A stretch of DNA of 63,917 bases, filler included, from Perkinsus chesapeaki ATCC PRA-425 (Eukaryota > Protista > Perkinsozoa): NCBI GenBank assembly GCA_013115145.1. It is 11 parts of 11 records of this genome, joined end to end, with 100 filler letters (N's around TTAATTAATTAA, not from the genome) between each part and the next. Parts side by side here need not be neighbours in the genome. Positions count along the whole stretch, not along the records: positions 1 to 18,778 come from JAAPAO010000654.1; positions 18,879 to 22,241 come from JAAPAO010001422.1; 9 more parts are not named here. The stretch is one strand, 5' to 3'. The position numbers and the translations under genes were made by a program. Numbering within the stretch: the first letter of the stretch is position 1; each line of letters starts with the position of its first letter. Below are positions 10,947 to 20,879 of the stretch, piece after piece. The notes under the pieces are model-generated. The model did not search any database and was not told the DNA's origin. It worked only from the letters and a program-made list of their open reading frames with translations.

Positions 10947-12965
10947 TTATATAAACAACGGCTGGGACACCGCAGACTCGCGATCGGCGACTCCCTCGGA
11001 GACCGGCAGAGGGGCGACACCAGTCGGTGCGGGAGGCATGTCGCTGGCTTGGTAACCAGTACATTTGTAAAGGTCTGGATTACACTCCGTCTTAGCGATA
11101 CAGTTAAGGCATTTGCTGGTGGCGGGGCCAGAAAGACATTTAAACATGCATTTGTCACGGCCACATTCAACAGATTGGCCGAAGCATGTTGAGCAGGAGG
11201 AAGTTAGTCCACTCTTCTCCAAGCACTTGGTAGTTCCATCAGCACTTCCCCATGCTTGTTTTCCACAGTAGGCTATGTAATTGCTGTAAGCCTGATCATA
11301 GCTAGCCCACAAGTTGTGGTCCACAACACTGCACTCCCCTTGTGCTGAAGGGGTAACTATGCTCGAGGTTGTGGAAGTACTCGTAACGGTAGTTGAGAAT
11401 GTCGAGCTCATCGTGGTAGTGGTTGATGTGGCTATGGTGGTCGTTGAGGTGGCCGTTGTAGTGGCAGGAGTTGAGGTGGTCGTTGTAGTGGCAGGAGTTG
11501 AGGTGGTCGTTGTAGTGGCAGGAGTTGAGGTGCTCGTTGTAGTGACAGGAGTTGAGGTGATCGTTGTAGTGGCAGGAGTTGAGGTGCTTGTTGTAGTGGC
11601 AGGAGTTGAGGTGCTCGTTGTAGTGGCAGGAGTTGAGGTGCTCGTTGTAGTGCTGACAACAGGCAATGTAGTTACAGTCACCGTGGTAGGAGAGATAGTA
11701 GAGGAAGGATAAGCACTGGTAGTTGACGGCAGAGCATCTGTGCCGGTTGGTGCAGGAGGCATGTCAACGGGTTGATATCCAGTACACTTATACAGGGCTG
11801 GATTACACTCCGTCTTCGCGATGCAGCTGAGGCACTTACTAGTCGCAGGACCGGAGATGCAGCTGAACATGCACTTGTCCCGACCACATTGAACAGAGTC
11901 GCCAAAGCAAGTCGAACAAGACGATGTTAAGCCGGACTTTTCCAAGCATTTAGATGTTCCGTCGGCACTTCCCCAGGCTTGTTGGCCACAATAGGCGATA
12001 TAGTTACTATAGGCTTGTCCATAACTAGTCCATAACATATGATCAGCCGAAGTACATTTACCGTAAGGAATTACTGTGGTGGCCACTATCGGGCTAGTTG
12101 AGGAAATACTGCTGCTTTCAGTCGTGGTTGGGGGATAAGTTGACATCGAAGGGCTGGTAGTCGTCATTGTGGTTGTGGTAGTCGTCGTGCTTGTCGTTGG
12201 TGGCATCGTCGTGGTAGGTAAACTCTTGATGGAGGTGCTCGGGTTAGGTGGCAGATCGGCTACCGTGTAACCGGTGCATGTTGAAAGCTCACCGGGGCAC
12301 TTCGAACCATCAATACATTTCAAGCACCAGTTGGAGGTAGCATCCCACATGCATTTGAACCAACACTCATCCTTAGCGCAGCCCTGAAAATCACCAAAGC
12401 AGGTAGTACATGATCCGGATAACTTGTTCATAGGATCATCTAGAAGGCATTGCGATGTCTTTTTAGCGTTGCCCCACTCTTTCTTGGCACAACCCGTGAG
12501 GAAGTTACTGAAGGTCTGACCGTACGAACTCCAGAAATCATAGTCGTTAGCAGAACATTCGCCAAGGGCGGGTAGACGACCGAGAGAGCCAACTGGACGA
12601 GGAGGCAGCTGATCAGACGGGAATCCAGTGCAAGTTTCCAGTTCTCCAGGACACTTCGAGCTCTCAATGCAGCTTAAACACCAATTGGACGTAGGGTCCC
12701 ACATACAGTGAAACCAACATTGATCTTTAGCACATTGCTCGAAGTCACCAAAGCACGCGCCACAGGCACCAGAGAGCGTGCTTTCAGGGTCGTTCACAAG
12801 GCACCGTGCAGTCTTCTCGGCATTGCCCCATTCCTTCTTCGCACAGCCAGTGAGGAAATTGCTGAAGGTAGAACCATACGAACTCCAGAATTTATGATCA
12901 TTTGAGGTACATTGTCCAGCCAGGGCTGCGCCAGCTACAACCGCCAATATAGTCAATCTCATCAT
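10947..12965 (-). CDS. Secreted mucin-like protein with four ~100-aa 8-Cys modules and Thr/Ser-rich linkers (paralogue 1)
   Basis: 672-aa intronless ORF. Signal peptide MMRLTILAVVAGAALA. Module C..D...W...G..FS/YS..C....WG....T..CL....LS..C..CFG....C....C...C......C..C.....C...L..CTG occurs four times. Confidence 0.9.
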   Translation of the reverse strand: MMRLTILAVVAGAALAGQCTSNDHKFWSSYGSTFSNFLTGCAKKEWGNAEKTARCLVNDPESTLSGACGACFGDFEQCAKDQCWFHCMWDPTSNWCLSCIESSKCPGELETCTGFPSDQLPPRPVGSLGRLPALGECSANDYDFWSSYGQTFSNFLTGCAKKEWGNAKKTSQCLLDDPMNKLSGSCTTCFGDFQGCAKDECWFKCMWDATSNWCLKCIDGSKCPGELSTCTGYTVADLPPNPSTSIKSLPTTTMPPTTSTTTTTTTMTTTSPSMSTYPPTTTESSSISSTSPIVATTVIPYGKCTSADHMLWTSYGQAYSNYIAYCGQQAWGSADGTSKCLEKSGLTSSCSTCFGDSVQCGRDKCMFSCISGPATSKCLSCIAKTECNPALYKCTGYQPVDMPPAPTGTDALPSTTSAYPSSTISPTTVTVTTLPVVSTTTSTSTPATTTSTSTPATTTSTSTPATTTITSTPVTTTSTSTPATTTTTSTPATTTTTSTPATTTATSTTTIATSTTTTMSSTFSTTVTSTSTTSSIVTPSAQGECSVVDHNLWASYDQAYSNYIAYCGKQAWGSADGTTKCLEKSGLTSSCSTCFGQSVECGRDKCMFKCLSGPATSKCLNCIAKTECNPDLYKCTGYQASDMPPAPTGVAPLPVSEGVADRESAVSQPLFI
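11455..11643. repeat. 27-bp coding minisatellite, 7 copies (encodes STPATTTST)
   Basis: GTTGTAGTGGCAGGAGTTGAGGTG(G/C)TC units starting at 11455, 11482 ... 11617. Confidence 0.95.
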
Positions 12966-13397
12966 TTCGGCGTAGTTTTATAAGCCAACCACTGACAACC
13001 CTGATCAACAGAGAAAAAAGCTGAGTAGCTAAAGTTGTGTTATGGAGACAGTCGTTGCAAGGTAATCTGCACTGCAGATTCTGCAGAGGGCGTCGTCACC
13101 GAGAACTGCAAAAAAGGTGGCTTCCAAGCGGAAAAAGCATCTAGTATCATTGAAAGTCTGTACCCCAGCAGTGGAGCACCTCCAACACTCGAGGGGTGCA
13201 CGCACCTACCAGCTAGACTATTGACTTTGGAACGCAACCAGCAAACAGTAGGCGGAAAACATTAGTATTCAATGAATACTATTCATCCGTGTAGGTATCG
13301 TACCGCGAGAAGCAGGTACGAAGTCAAGTCGAACTTGCTGGAAAAATTCACAGATACTTTTGCCTTCGGTCGAAAAACGAACCTGTTTTGAAAAAAT

Positions 13398-15074
13398 TCA
13401 ACAGAAGCATGGTGTATCAGTAGCAAAGCAGACATGGGGGACCTGCCAGCACTTGCAGTAGGAACCCGGATGCTCAGATGAACAAGCGGCATCACAAGTG
13501 AGTCTGGGGGTTGACTCGGCAATGGTGGAAAAAGACGGGGTGGAACACGAACAAGGTTGGTGTGTTCCATGACAAACGGGGTCAACCATCCAATATTTAC
13601 AGTAAGATCCATGGAGTATGCTGCTACACTTCCCGTCGGCTCCAGGACAGCTCACGAAGGAGGGAGTTGTTTTGACAACAAAACTTGAAATCGTAGTGGT
13701 CGAGGTGTGCGTCGTATTTGACTCGACAGTAGTCTTTGTGGAAGGCTCAGCAGTAGTCTCTATGACAGTATTCGCAGCCTGGGTATACGGTGGTTGGGTA
13801 GTGGTTGTAGCCTTGGTAGTCGTCGTTGACTCGACAGTGGTTCCCCTACAAGCAATGGTAGTAGGCTCCATAGTTGTGACTGTGGTTGTGAGTGTAGCAC
13901 TGGTAGTAGGCTTCATAGTCGTGGCCGTGGTTGTAGCACTGGGGGTAGACTTCATAGTCGTGGCCGTGGTTGTAGCACTGGTAGTAGGCTTCATAGTTGT
14001 GGTTGTGGTTGTAGCACTGGTAGTAGGCTTCATAGTTGTGGTTGTGGTTGTAGCACGGGTAGTAGGCTTCATAGTTGTGGTTGTGGTTGTAGCACTGGTA
14101 GTAGGCTGCATAGTCGTGGTCTCGGTCATACTCGTCGAAGAGGAAGCTGTTGCCGTGGGAGACGTGATTGGAGTGCTCGTCGTTTCCGGCAAACGCCCGG
14201 TCCCGGTTGGTGATGGGGGCATATCGACTGCTTGGTATCCAGTACACTTATACAGGGCTGGATTACACTCCGTCTTTGCGATGCAGCTGAGGCACTCACT
14301 AGTCGCAGGACCGGAGATGCAGCTGAACATGCACTTGTCCCGACCACATTGAACAGAATCGCCAAAGCAAGTCGAACAAGACGATGTTAAGCCGGACTTT
14401 TCCAAGCATTTAGATGTTCCGTCGGCACTTCCCCAGGCTTGTTGGCCACAATAGGCGATATAGTTACTATAGGCTTGTCCATAACTAGTCCACAGCATGT
14501 GATCAGCCGAAGTACATTTACCGTAATGAATTACTGTGGTGGTCACTATCGGGCTAGTTGAGGAGATACTGCTGCTTTCAGTCGTGGTTGGGGGATAAGT
14601 TGACATCGAAGGGCTGGTAGTCGTCATTGTGGTTGTGGTTGTGGTAGTCGTCGTGCTTGTCGTCGGTGGCATCGTCGTAGTAGGTAAACTCTTGATGGAG
14701 GTACTCGGGTTAGGTGGCAGATCGGCTACCGCGTAACCGGTGCATGTTGAAAGCTCTCCGGGGCACTTCGAACCATTAATACAATTCAAGCACCGGTTGG
14801 AGGTAGCATCCCAAAAGCATTCGAACCAACACTCACTTTTAGCGCAGCCCTGAAAATCGCCAAAGCAGGTAGCACATGATCCGGATAACTTGTTCATAGG
14901 ATCATCTAGAAGGCATTGCGATGTCTTCTCAGCGTTGCCCCACTCTTTCTTGGCACAGCCCGTGAGGAAGTTACTGAAGGTCCGACCGTACGAGGCCCAG
15001 AATTGATAATCGCTATCAGTGCACTGACCGGCAAGGACTGCTCCAAGTTGAACGGCTGCCATGAGACTCTTCAT
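13398..15074 (-). CDS. Secreted mucin-like protein (paralogue 2): two 8-Cys modules, Thr-rich stalk, two C-terminal 4-Cys GSYCK-W modules
   Basis: Likely start MKSLMAAVQLGAVLAGQC at 15074, aligning with paralogue 1. DNA is near-identical to paralogue 1 over 14225-15020 vs 11760-12560. C-terminal modules C..GSYCKYW..VC..PC and C..GSYCKCW..VC..PC. Confidence 0.9.
   Translation of the reverse strand: MKSLMAAVQLGAVLAGQCTDSDYQFWASYGRTFSNFLTGCAKKEWGNAEKTSQCLLDDPMNKLSGSCATCFGDFQGCAKSECWFECFWDATSNRCLNCINGSKCPGELSTCTGYAVADLPPNPSTSIKSLPTTTMPPTTSTTTTTTTTTMTTTSPSMSTYPPTTTESSSISSTSPIVTTTVIHYGKCTSADHMLWTSYGQAYSNYIAYCGQQAWGSADGTSKCLEKSGLTSSCSTCFGDSVQCGRDKCMFSCISGPATSECLSCIAKTECNPALYKCTGYQAVDMPPSPTGTGRLPETTSTPITSPTATASSSTSMTETTTMQPTTSATTTTTTMKPTTRATTTTTTMKPTTSATTTTTTMKPTTSATTTATTMKSTPSATTTATTMKPTTSATLTTTVTTMEPTTIACRGTTVESTTTTKATTTTQPPYTQAANTVIETTAEPSTKTTVESNTTHTSTTTISSFVVKTTPSFVSCPGADGKCSSILHGSYCKYWMVDPVCHGTHQPCSCSTPSFSTIAESTPRLTCDAACSSEHPGSYCKCWQVPHVCFATDTPCFC
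13894..14120. repeat. 39-bp coding minisatellite, about 6 copies (encodes MKPTTSATTTTTT)
   Basis: GTAGCACTGGTAGTAGGCTTCATAGT(C/T)GTGG(C/T)(C/T)GTGGTT units starting at 13894, 13933 ... 14089. Confidence 0.95.
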
Positions 15075-15089
15075 GTTAGGATAACCAGC

Positions 15090-16340
15090 GTCAATGGAAA
15101 GGCGGCGACCCAGAGTGACTGATCGACTACTACTCAGCCGGTAAACAATCCTGCGGGAATTCCTAAATCCAGCCCTAGGTGCGAACATTATATCTCCTGA
15201 CCAAGCTGCATTTCTACCTGGCCGTGGAACCTCTGATTCTATGTGGGAGTTTATCACTGATGCTATCTTGTCTATGAATGATCGCAAAAACTGGTATGCT
15301 CTACAGACGGACATCGCAGGTGCTTTCGATCGGGTCGATCGACATCTTCTACTGATCCGACTAGAGAAGTTTGGCATCCGTGGCAAACTCCTACACTTAC
15401 TACAAAACTACCTTTCCGACCGCCGGTTTAGAGTCGTCTGCGGTGGAGCTCACTCCACACTATTCTCTGAGATAGCTGGTGTCTGCCAAGGTTCTTGCCT
15501 TGGCCCTATTCTATGGCTAATCTACTTTTCACCCATACAGCCTGCTGCTACTATCGCTGCTGGACCCGGCCTATCCACCTACACCTTCGCTGACGACCAC
15601 ACGCAAGGATCTAGCAGCCGCGACCAACTAGATAGAGGAGAATCAGGAGCCCTGCGATTCACTGCTGGTGCCAGGATAACTATGGAACCATCAAAAAAGG
15701 TTCTGAGTTGCTTTACTAACCGAGCTCGCTCTACTGCTGATAGTTGCCCCATCCTACTAGGACTTCGGATTGACCCCGGTCTTACTATGTCCGTACACTT
15801 CGACCATGTTCTCAAGCGAGTTGCCGTGAGAACGGCCCAACTCCTTCGACTCCGACCCTTCATGGACACTGAGCAACTAGGGCGTTGCTTCAAACAGTAC
15901 TGCTGGCCATATTTGGAGTATGGCATGCCTGGTTTTATTCATGCTAGCGAAGCTCAGTTAAAGCGACTTGATGCCTGTCAAGACCGTTTCCTGGAACTCA
16001 CAGGTTGCTCTCTCCCGTCTCTTGGATGGAGGCGACATGTGGGTATAATGACTTGGCTCTACAAAGTTATAGTTCTACACAGAGGTTCTCCCTCTCTCCA
16101 GGCACGGTTCACTATAACTCAAGGACAGAGTCGTTACAATACGCGTTCCACCTCCCGATCGCACTCATACCAACTCGAGATCAGGAAGAAATCAGATGAC
16201 ATAGTCATATGCCGTCGGTGGTGTAGGGCTCTCGACGCATGGAATGCCCTCCCGTCCTCTGTATTTCCTGAAGAGCGCACAAGGATTGATCACTTCAAAA
16301 TAGCCGTATCATTGCTGAATCGTTTTTTGTAAAAAAAAAA
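15090..16340 (+). mobile_element. 5'-truncated non-LTR retrotransposon (LINE; CR1/L2/Jockey-like C-terminus) ending in A10
   Basis: RT motifs QAAFLPGRGT, DIAGAFDRVD, GVCQGSCLGPILW, FADD. C-terminal YNTRS...WNALP..V...FK. Poly(A) at 16331-16340. Degenerate KGGDPE upstream at about 15100. No TSD found. Confidence 0.9.
15241..16332 (+). CDS. Reverse transcriptase, C-terminal part of LINE ORF2
   Basis: 363-aa ORF carrying the RT motifs above. The frame extends upstream to a stop at 15142-15144. Confidence 0.85.
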   Translation: MWEFITDAILSMNDRKNWYALQTDIAGAFDRVDRHLLLIRLEKFGIRGKLLHLLQNYLSDRRFRVVCGGAHSTLFSEIAGVCQGSCLGPILWLIYFSPIQPAATIAAGPGLSTYTFADDHTQGSSSRDQLDRGESGALRFTAGARITMEPSKKVLSCFTNRARSTADSCPILLGLRIDPGLTMSVHFDHVLKRVAVRTAQLLRLRPFMDTEQLGRCFKQYCWPYLEYGMPGFIHASEAQLKRLDACQDRFLELTGCSLPSLGWRRHVGIMTWLYKVIVLHRGSPSLQARFTITQGQSRYNTRSTSRSHSYQLEIRKKSDDIVICRRWCRALDAWNALPSSVFPEERTRIDHFKIAVSLLNRFL

Positions 16341-16820
16341 CCAAATCGCGTTCCCTGGATTTTCGCCAGTATTGCTCTTACTGTCGAGAAGATGCGGCCA
16401 AGTGGGCGCTTTCTAGCATCTACCAGTGTCAATAAAAGCACCGAATACAGCGAGTGCAACGAGTATACTACTATAAGCAGGTCGGTACGATGGAGCAAAT
16501 TCAGCGTTACGCTGAACTTGCTCCATACTGGGTACGTCATGCTGGGTACCGAATGTCGAATGTCGTCACCTTTCAGGTAAATGTCGTCAAATTTGAAGGT
16601 GCCCCCGCAAAGATTCGAGGCCCGGTTTCACTTGTATAATTTGTCGCATCATTGAGCGCCACTGACGTTATTCTGTTGGCGCGAGAAGGGCCGGTGAAGT
16701 ACTATGCTCGAGGAATGCCAAATCGAAATTCTGCGCACGCGTGCTACACCAAGCGTCTCTTCACGTTGAAAATGCGCAAGCGTCGACGGTAGTCTTCAGT
16801 TCAAGCCAGCTATCTTTCGA

Positions 16821-17480
16821 ATGTATTCGTGTGCTAGTCACATCGTACTTGCATTACAAGACTCGTGTATGTTGTGCAGCACAACTTGTGCTCTTGGTGG
16901 GCACGCGTGCCAACTGAGTCAATGGCTAAGCACGTCTTTTGCGTTAACATTTCCTACCGTTCGGGAGGTTGGTAGCACGCGTGGCTCAGGCTCTTTGACT
17001 GTGTTTCCTGGGGTTGGTGATTTAGCGTCTGATATTCTAAGGGTTCTTACTAGCGGTGATATTAAGATGTATGACGTTTTGAGGTTTGCGGGTAAGGACA
17101 AGGAGCCCTTTCCTAGTATCATTGAGGCATGCGTAAGTGTTTGTAATTTACAAATTGTAAACCAGCGGTCGATTAAAGCAGCGAAAAAGGGTGTTAAGTG
17201 GATAGCAGTGAGGAGTCGACTATTTTGAGATGGAGATCAAATTACGTAGCGCGAGGATCATACTGGCATTGGAATATGCCGCCGAACGACATGAGTCCGC
17301 TTTTATGGAGGAGAACGGCAAAGGGAGAGATTTGTTCGAAAAAACTATGACAACGCTAGGACTTACTCCTACCGACCGGATTGTTGCATGAGGAAGTGCC
17401 GCACGGGTAAAAGCAATACGAAGAATTGGGGAATTGGGGACTTTGAAGATAGACCTCGCCGACCACAGCGACTCCAAATT
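16821..17480 (+). pseudogene. Stop-interrupted gag/ORF1-like retroelement relic (tentative)
   Basis: Protein-like frame broken by stops (...KGVKWIAVRSRLF*EMEIKLRSARIILALEYA...). Weak by-eye resemblance to the contig-7 ORF (GISLKWCTRRLLY). Confidence 0.3.
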
Positions 17481-18052
17481 AAAGGCGACGAGAGGAAAAA
17501 CGAGAGGGTAAGCGCTGACAATGGGTGGAGGCGGCTATGAGTTCAGCATTGGCCTTGAATATCATGGTAAATGCACCAGTACTTGCCGTAGGCGAATCCT
17601 GTACCAAAATGCGTGTACCATAAGAGTGGAACTCAGAGCAATTCTGCGTCTCAAGCTCAGTTTAGAGCATGAGGTGCGAGCCAGCCAACCCGCTCCTACT
17701 ATACCCTCAGACTTGAGCATCTCTAACTTGTAATGGTATGCGAAATAGCCTTGTGGTGGATGCTTGTGATGAAAGATACTTGCAAGGTTCGTGCGAAGTT
17801 CCGTCTGAGAACCATCATGTGCCAAGTTACTCGACTCGATTAGATATCGTCAATACCACGGGAACAGGCTGCCGGGAGGCCCACCTGTCGGAAACAATCC
17901 AATACAAAGCTAGTTCGTTAACCATCTGAGGAGTTCCTAGAGACATAATACACATAACGGTATTCGTACACGGCCGCGTCACTGGGGAGACGCGTGGGTC
18001 GCGTGGTTTGAATACCCAGCACGAAATTAACCAGCCCATCATCCCCGGGGGA

Positions 18053-18366
18053 TGTTGAGGGTTATGGGAATGCTAACAGGTATATTCATGAGACTCATGA
18101 GCTGGCCAGGTATTGGGTCGTATTCTAGTATAACGTTTATATTAGTGGGCCTTTAGGCTTGGGTCACCCAAGTTGGGTGGGAGTGCTGGAATCCTCTCAT
18201 CTCTTCACATTACTCTTGCTAAGGTTCCAGCACTACGACTCCCTTACTATCTCCTCGCAGCCTTCTTTTTTCTCTCTATCTAACACCCACACACGTGTTT
18301 GCCCTAGAATACGAGTGATTTGATCCTGTTGTGGCTAAAGTCCCTCTAAGCAGGCCCGAGGCATCA
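18053..18366 (+). mobile_element. Possible LTR (TGTTG...CATCA) preceded by a G-rich purine tract
   Basis: GGGGGA immediately precedes TGTTG at 18053. Ends CATCA at 18366. No partner LTR seen in this contig. Confidence 0.35.
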
Positions 18367-18624
18367 AGACCTGTGAAGACGCGGCGTATCAACCGGACTC
18401 GCCGAAATTGACAAAATTAGCAAAAGAAAGGTTTGCCGAAGCCAGACTCTTGATTTAAGAACACAATCCAGGAAAAGTGGACAAACGGGTGAACAGAAAT
18501 CGCCACTCGTGAAGGCAACAAACCGGGAAAACAAGTAGGAAGTCAATTGGCGAAAATCAAACTTGTTGAAAAATTCACGGATAGTTATACCTTTTATTCG
18601 AAGGTGAACGAGCTTTGAACGCAT

Positions 18625-18778
18625 TCAACAGGAACAAGGCGAATTAGTACCAGAGCAGACGGAAGGAACCTTCCAGTACTTGCAGTAGGAACCCGGATGC
18701 TCAGATGAACAAGCGGCATCACAAGTGGGTCTGGGGGTTGACTCGGCAATGGTGGAAAAAGACGGGGTGGAACATGAA
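18625..18778 (-). CDS. 3' end of a third mucin-like paralogue, cut by the contig end
   Basis: Near-identical to about 13400-13560. Reads SCSTPSFSTIAESTPRPTCDAACSSEHPGSYCKYWKVPSVCSGTNSPCSC*. The downstream flank also resembles 13316-13370. Confidence 0.85.
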
Positions 18779-18878
18779 NNNNNNNNNNNNNNNNNNNNNN
18801 NNNNNNNNNNNNNNNNNNNNNNTTAATTAATTAANNNNNNNNNNNNNNNNNNNNNNNNNNNNNNNNNNNNNNNNNNNN
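18779..18878. other. Artificial assembly linker (44 N + TTAATTAATTAA + 44 N). Identical linkers at 22242-22341, 26730-26829, 43455-43554, 48001-48100, 52272-52371, 54006-54105, 58813-58912, 61702-61801, 62818-62917
   Basis: Ten identical 100-bp N blocks, each containing a six-frame stop oligomer. Confidence 0.99.
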
Positions 18879-19024
18879 TACTCCGCACTAGTAACATATT
18901 TTATATTATATCTCCTCCTCCTACTCCGCACTAGTAACATATTTTATATTATATCTCCTACTCCTACTCCGCACTAGTAACATATTTTATATTATATCTC
19001 CTACTCCTACTCCGCACTAGTAAC
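18879..19024 (+). repeat. 43-bp AT-rich satellite, about 3.4 copies
   Basis: TACTCCGCACTAGTAACATATTTTATATTATATCTCCT(A/C)CTCC units at 18879, 18922, 18965, 19008. Confidence 0.95.
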
Positions 19025-19040
19025 GTATCCCACTTCTCAG

Positions 19041-20879
19041 GGCGGAAGCGTTGTGCCCAAAAGTTGAAGGAACTCGACGAACGGAGGAAGGCCAAGGAAG
19101 CAGCAGCAGCCGCCGCTTCGGCGGTTGTTGTTGAGAGATCCGATCATGACAAGGTCCTCCAGCAGCAACAGCAGCAGCAGTCAGAACCAAGTGGTAGTGG
19201 TTTGACACGAAAGGAGAAAGAGGCTAAATTATGGCGACCGAGCGGAGGGTGGGGTGATGATGAAGATGATGATAATAATAAAGGAGAGGCGACAACAGCT
19301 ACTACTTCGAGGAGGCAACGGCGAGGCACTGGTGGAGGAGGACCGCCCCCGAGTCGAGGGCATTCCACCTCATCATTATATGGAAGATCATCATCGACTG
19401 CGAGTTTTAATATTAGAGGGACGGGGAAGTATGCAAAGGAGACTGCTTATGAGAGGGTAATAGGGGAATTGGAAAATTTTGGGAAAATTTAGAGTATTTT
19501 CCCGGAAAATCTGACTGGTCCCTTCTTTTTGCGCTTTACTTTTTCTTGTGTTTTCAGCGCGTAGAAGATGTGCCGGAGGATAAAAGGAAGGTTGATGATG
19601 AAGATGCGGAGATTGGAGGGAAGAGCGGTATGCAGAAATCAGGCAAAAGAAGGTAGAGTGTATGTTAATAAAGAGTTAGAACAAGGTGATAACGTTTGAG
19701 TCAGGGAGACAGTTGTTGAGGATAATACGCCACAACAGAAAAAAGATGATAACAAGGAGGACGAGGAAGAGGTAGAAGAAGAAGCCTTGGCGCCTGCTGC
19801 TGCTGATGCTGCTGGGCCTCCTCCTATGGCTGAGGAAAGGAGGCGTCACTCTTCGATTGGTGGGACTTTGTCGGCATACGCGGCAGAATTCATACCGAGA
19901 TGCGACAGTGGAGGAGTGAGTTATGATGAACATCACCATCAGCATCATCATCATCATCCTGCACATCATCACTCTCATCATCATGAAGGTAGATCCTCAA
20001 GCTCATCATCAACTTATTACGACCACGAGGATATTAATAATAACCAAATTGCTGGCAGCAGCAGCAGCACTACAGCAATGCAATTTGCTTATCCGCCTCC
20101 TCCCCCTGCTGAGTTCCAAGGGCCATCCTCTACCGGCATCGGCAATGGCGGGGGCAGCAACTGCCAAGAGCATCATCAATCTAATAATAATCATCACCCT
20201 ATCAATTCAAGTGGACCATCGTACCAGAGCTCCCCTCCTCCTCCCGCTCCACCTGTCACCTATCATCAATATTACCCCTATATGAGAGGATTGTCACCAC
20301 CTCCTCAAGTGTCCGGTATGGTATTTACCAGCCCCCCTAGTGGACCCACTCAGCAGCTCGCCAATCAGTATGAGTGTATGATACAACCATACCAACAACA
20401 ACAACAACATCAGTAAGTTGGGGAAAGCGGGAATGTTGGCGGATTTCGGAAACGGAGTCTTTCGGCCCTGGACTTTCTGTTAATGGTGAAAAATACATAT
20501 TTTCCTTTGTTGATTTTCTTCTTTCTTTTTCAGATATTATGGTGGTTACGTTCAACAAGCCCCTGTGTATGAGTATGGTGGGGGGCCACAATCACATCCT
20601 TATGAGTATTATTACACTAGTGAGAATATGCAAGGATATTATCAACAACAAGCAATGCATCACCTTCCTCATCCACAACAACAACCTGCTTCATCACCTG
20701 ACATGAGACCATATGGTTACATGGCAGCAGTGGTAGCTCCTCCTCCTCTTACTAGTGGAAGTATGTCATCATCATCTTATCATGGAGGCATATCACCAGC
20801 AGCAGCACCAGCATCGACTGGGCTCCCGCCCCCCCAACAATCACAGGGGTATGCAACACAACAACAATCGACGGGGTAA
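19041..20879 (+). CDS. 3' part of a low-complexity (Q/H/P/S-rich) protein with a PAM2 motif and a PRRC2/BAT2-like coiled coil; 5' exons missing
   Basis: Acceptor AG at 19039-40, then RKRCAQKLKELDERRK. TLSAYAAEFIP (PAM2-like) at about 19865-19897. Donors at 19457 and about 20413. Last exon ends TAA at 20879. Confidence 0.65.

Noticed and set aside
11314-14352. Val-rich plus-strand ORFs (11314-11712, 13618-14352) as membrane proteins
   Set aside because: Antisense shadows of Thr-rich coding minisatellites.
15075-15386. 104-aa N-terminal extension of ORF 13398-15386
   Set aside because: It is the antisense of the LINE RT; the paralogue alignment places the start at 15074.
13398-18627. Cys-x-Cys-TGA ends of mucin paralogues 2 and 3 as selenocysteine
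   Set aside because: The 4-Cys module is complete before the TGA, the proteins are secreted and disulfide-rich, and I saw no SECIS-like hairpin downstream.
18879-19024. 43-bp repeats as a CRISPR array
   Set aside because: Units are head-to-tail with no unique spacers, there are no cas genes, and the context is eukaryotic.
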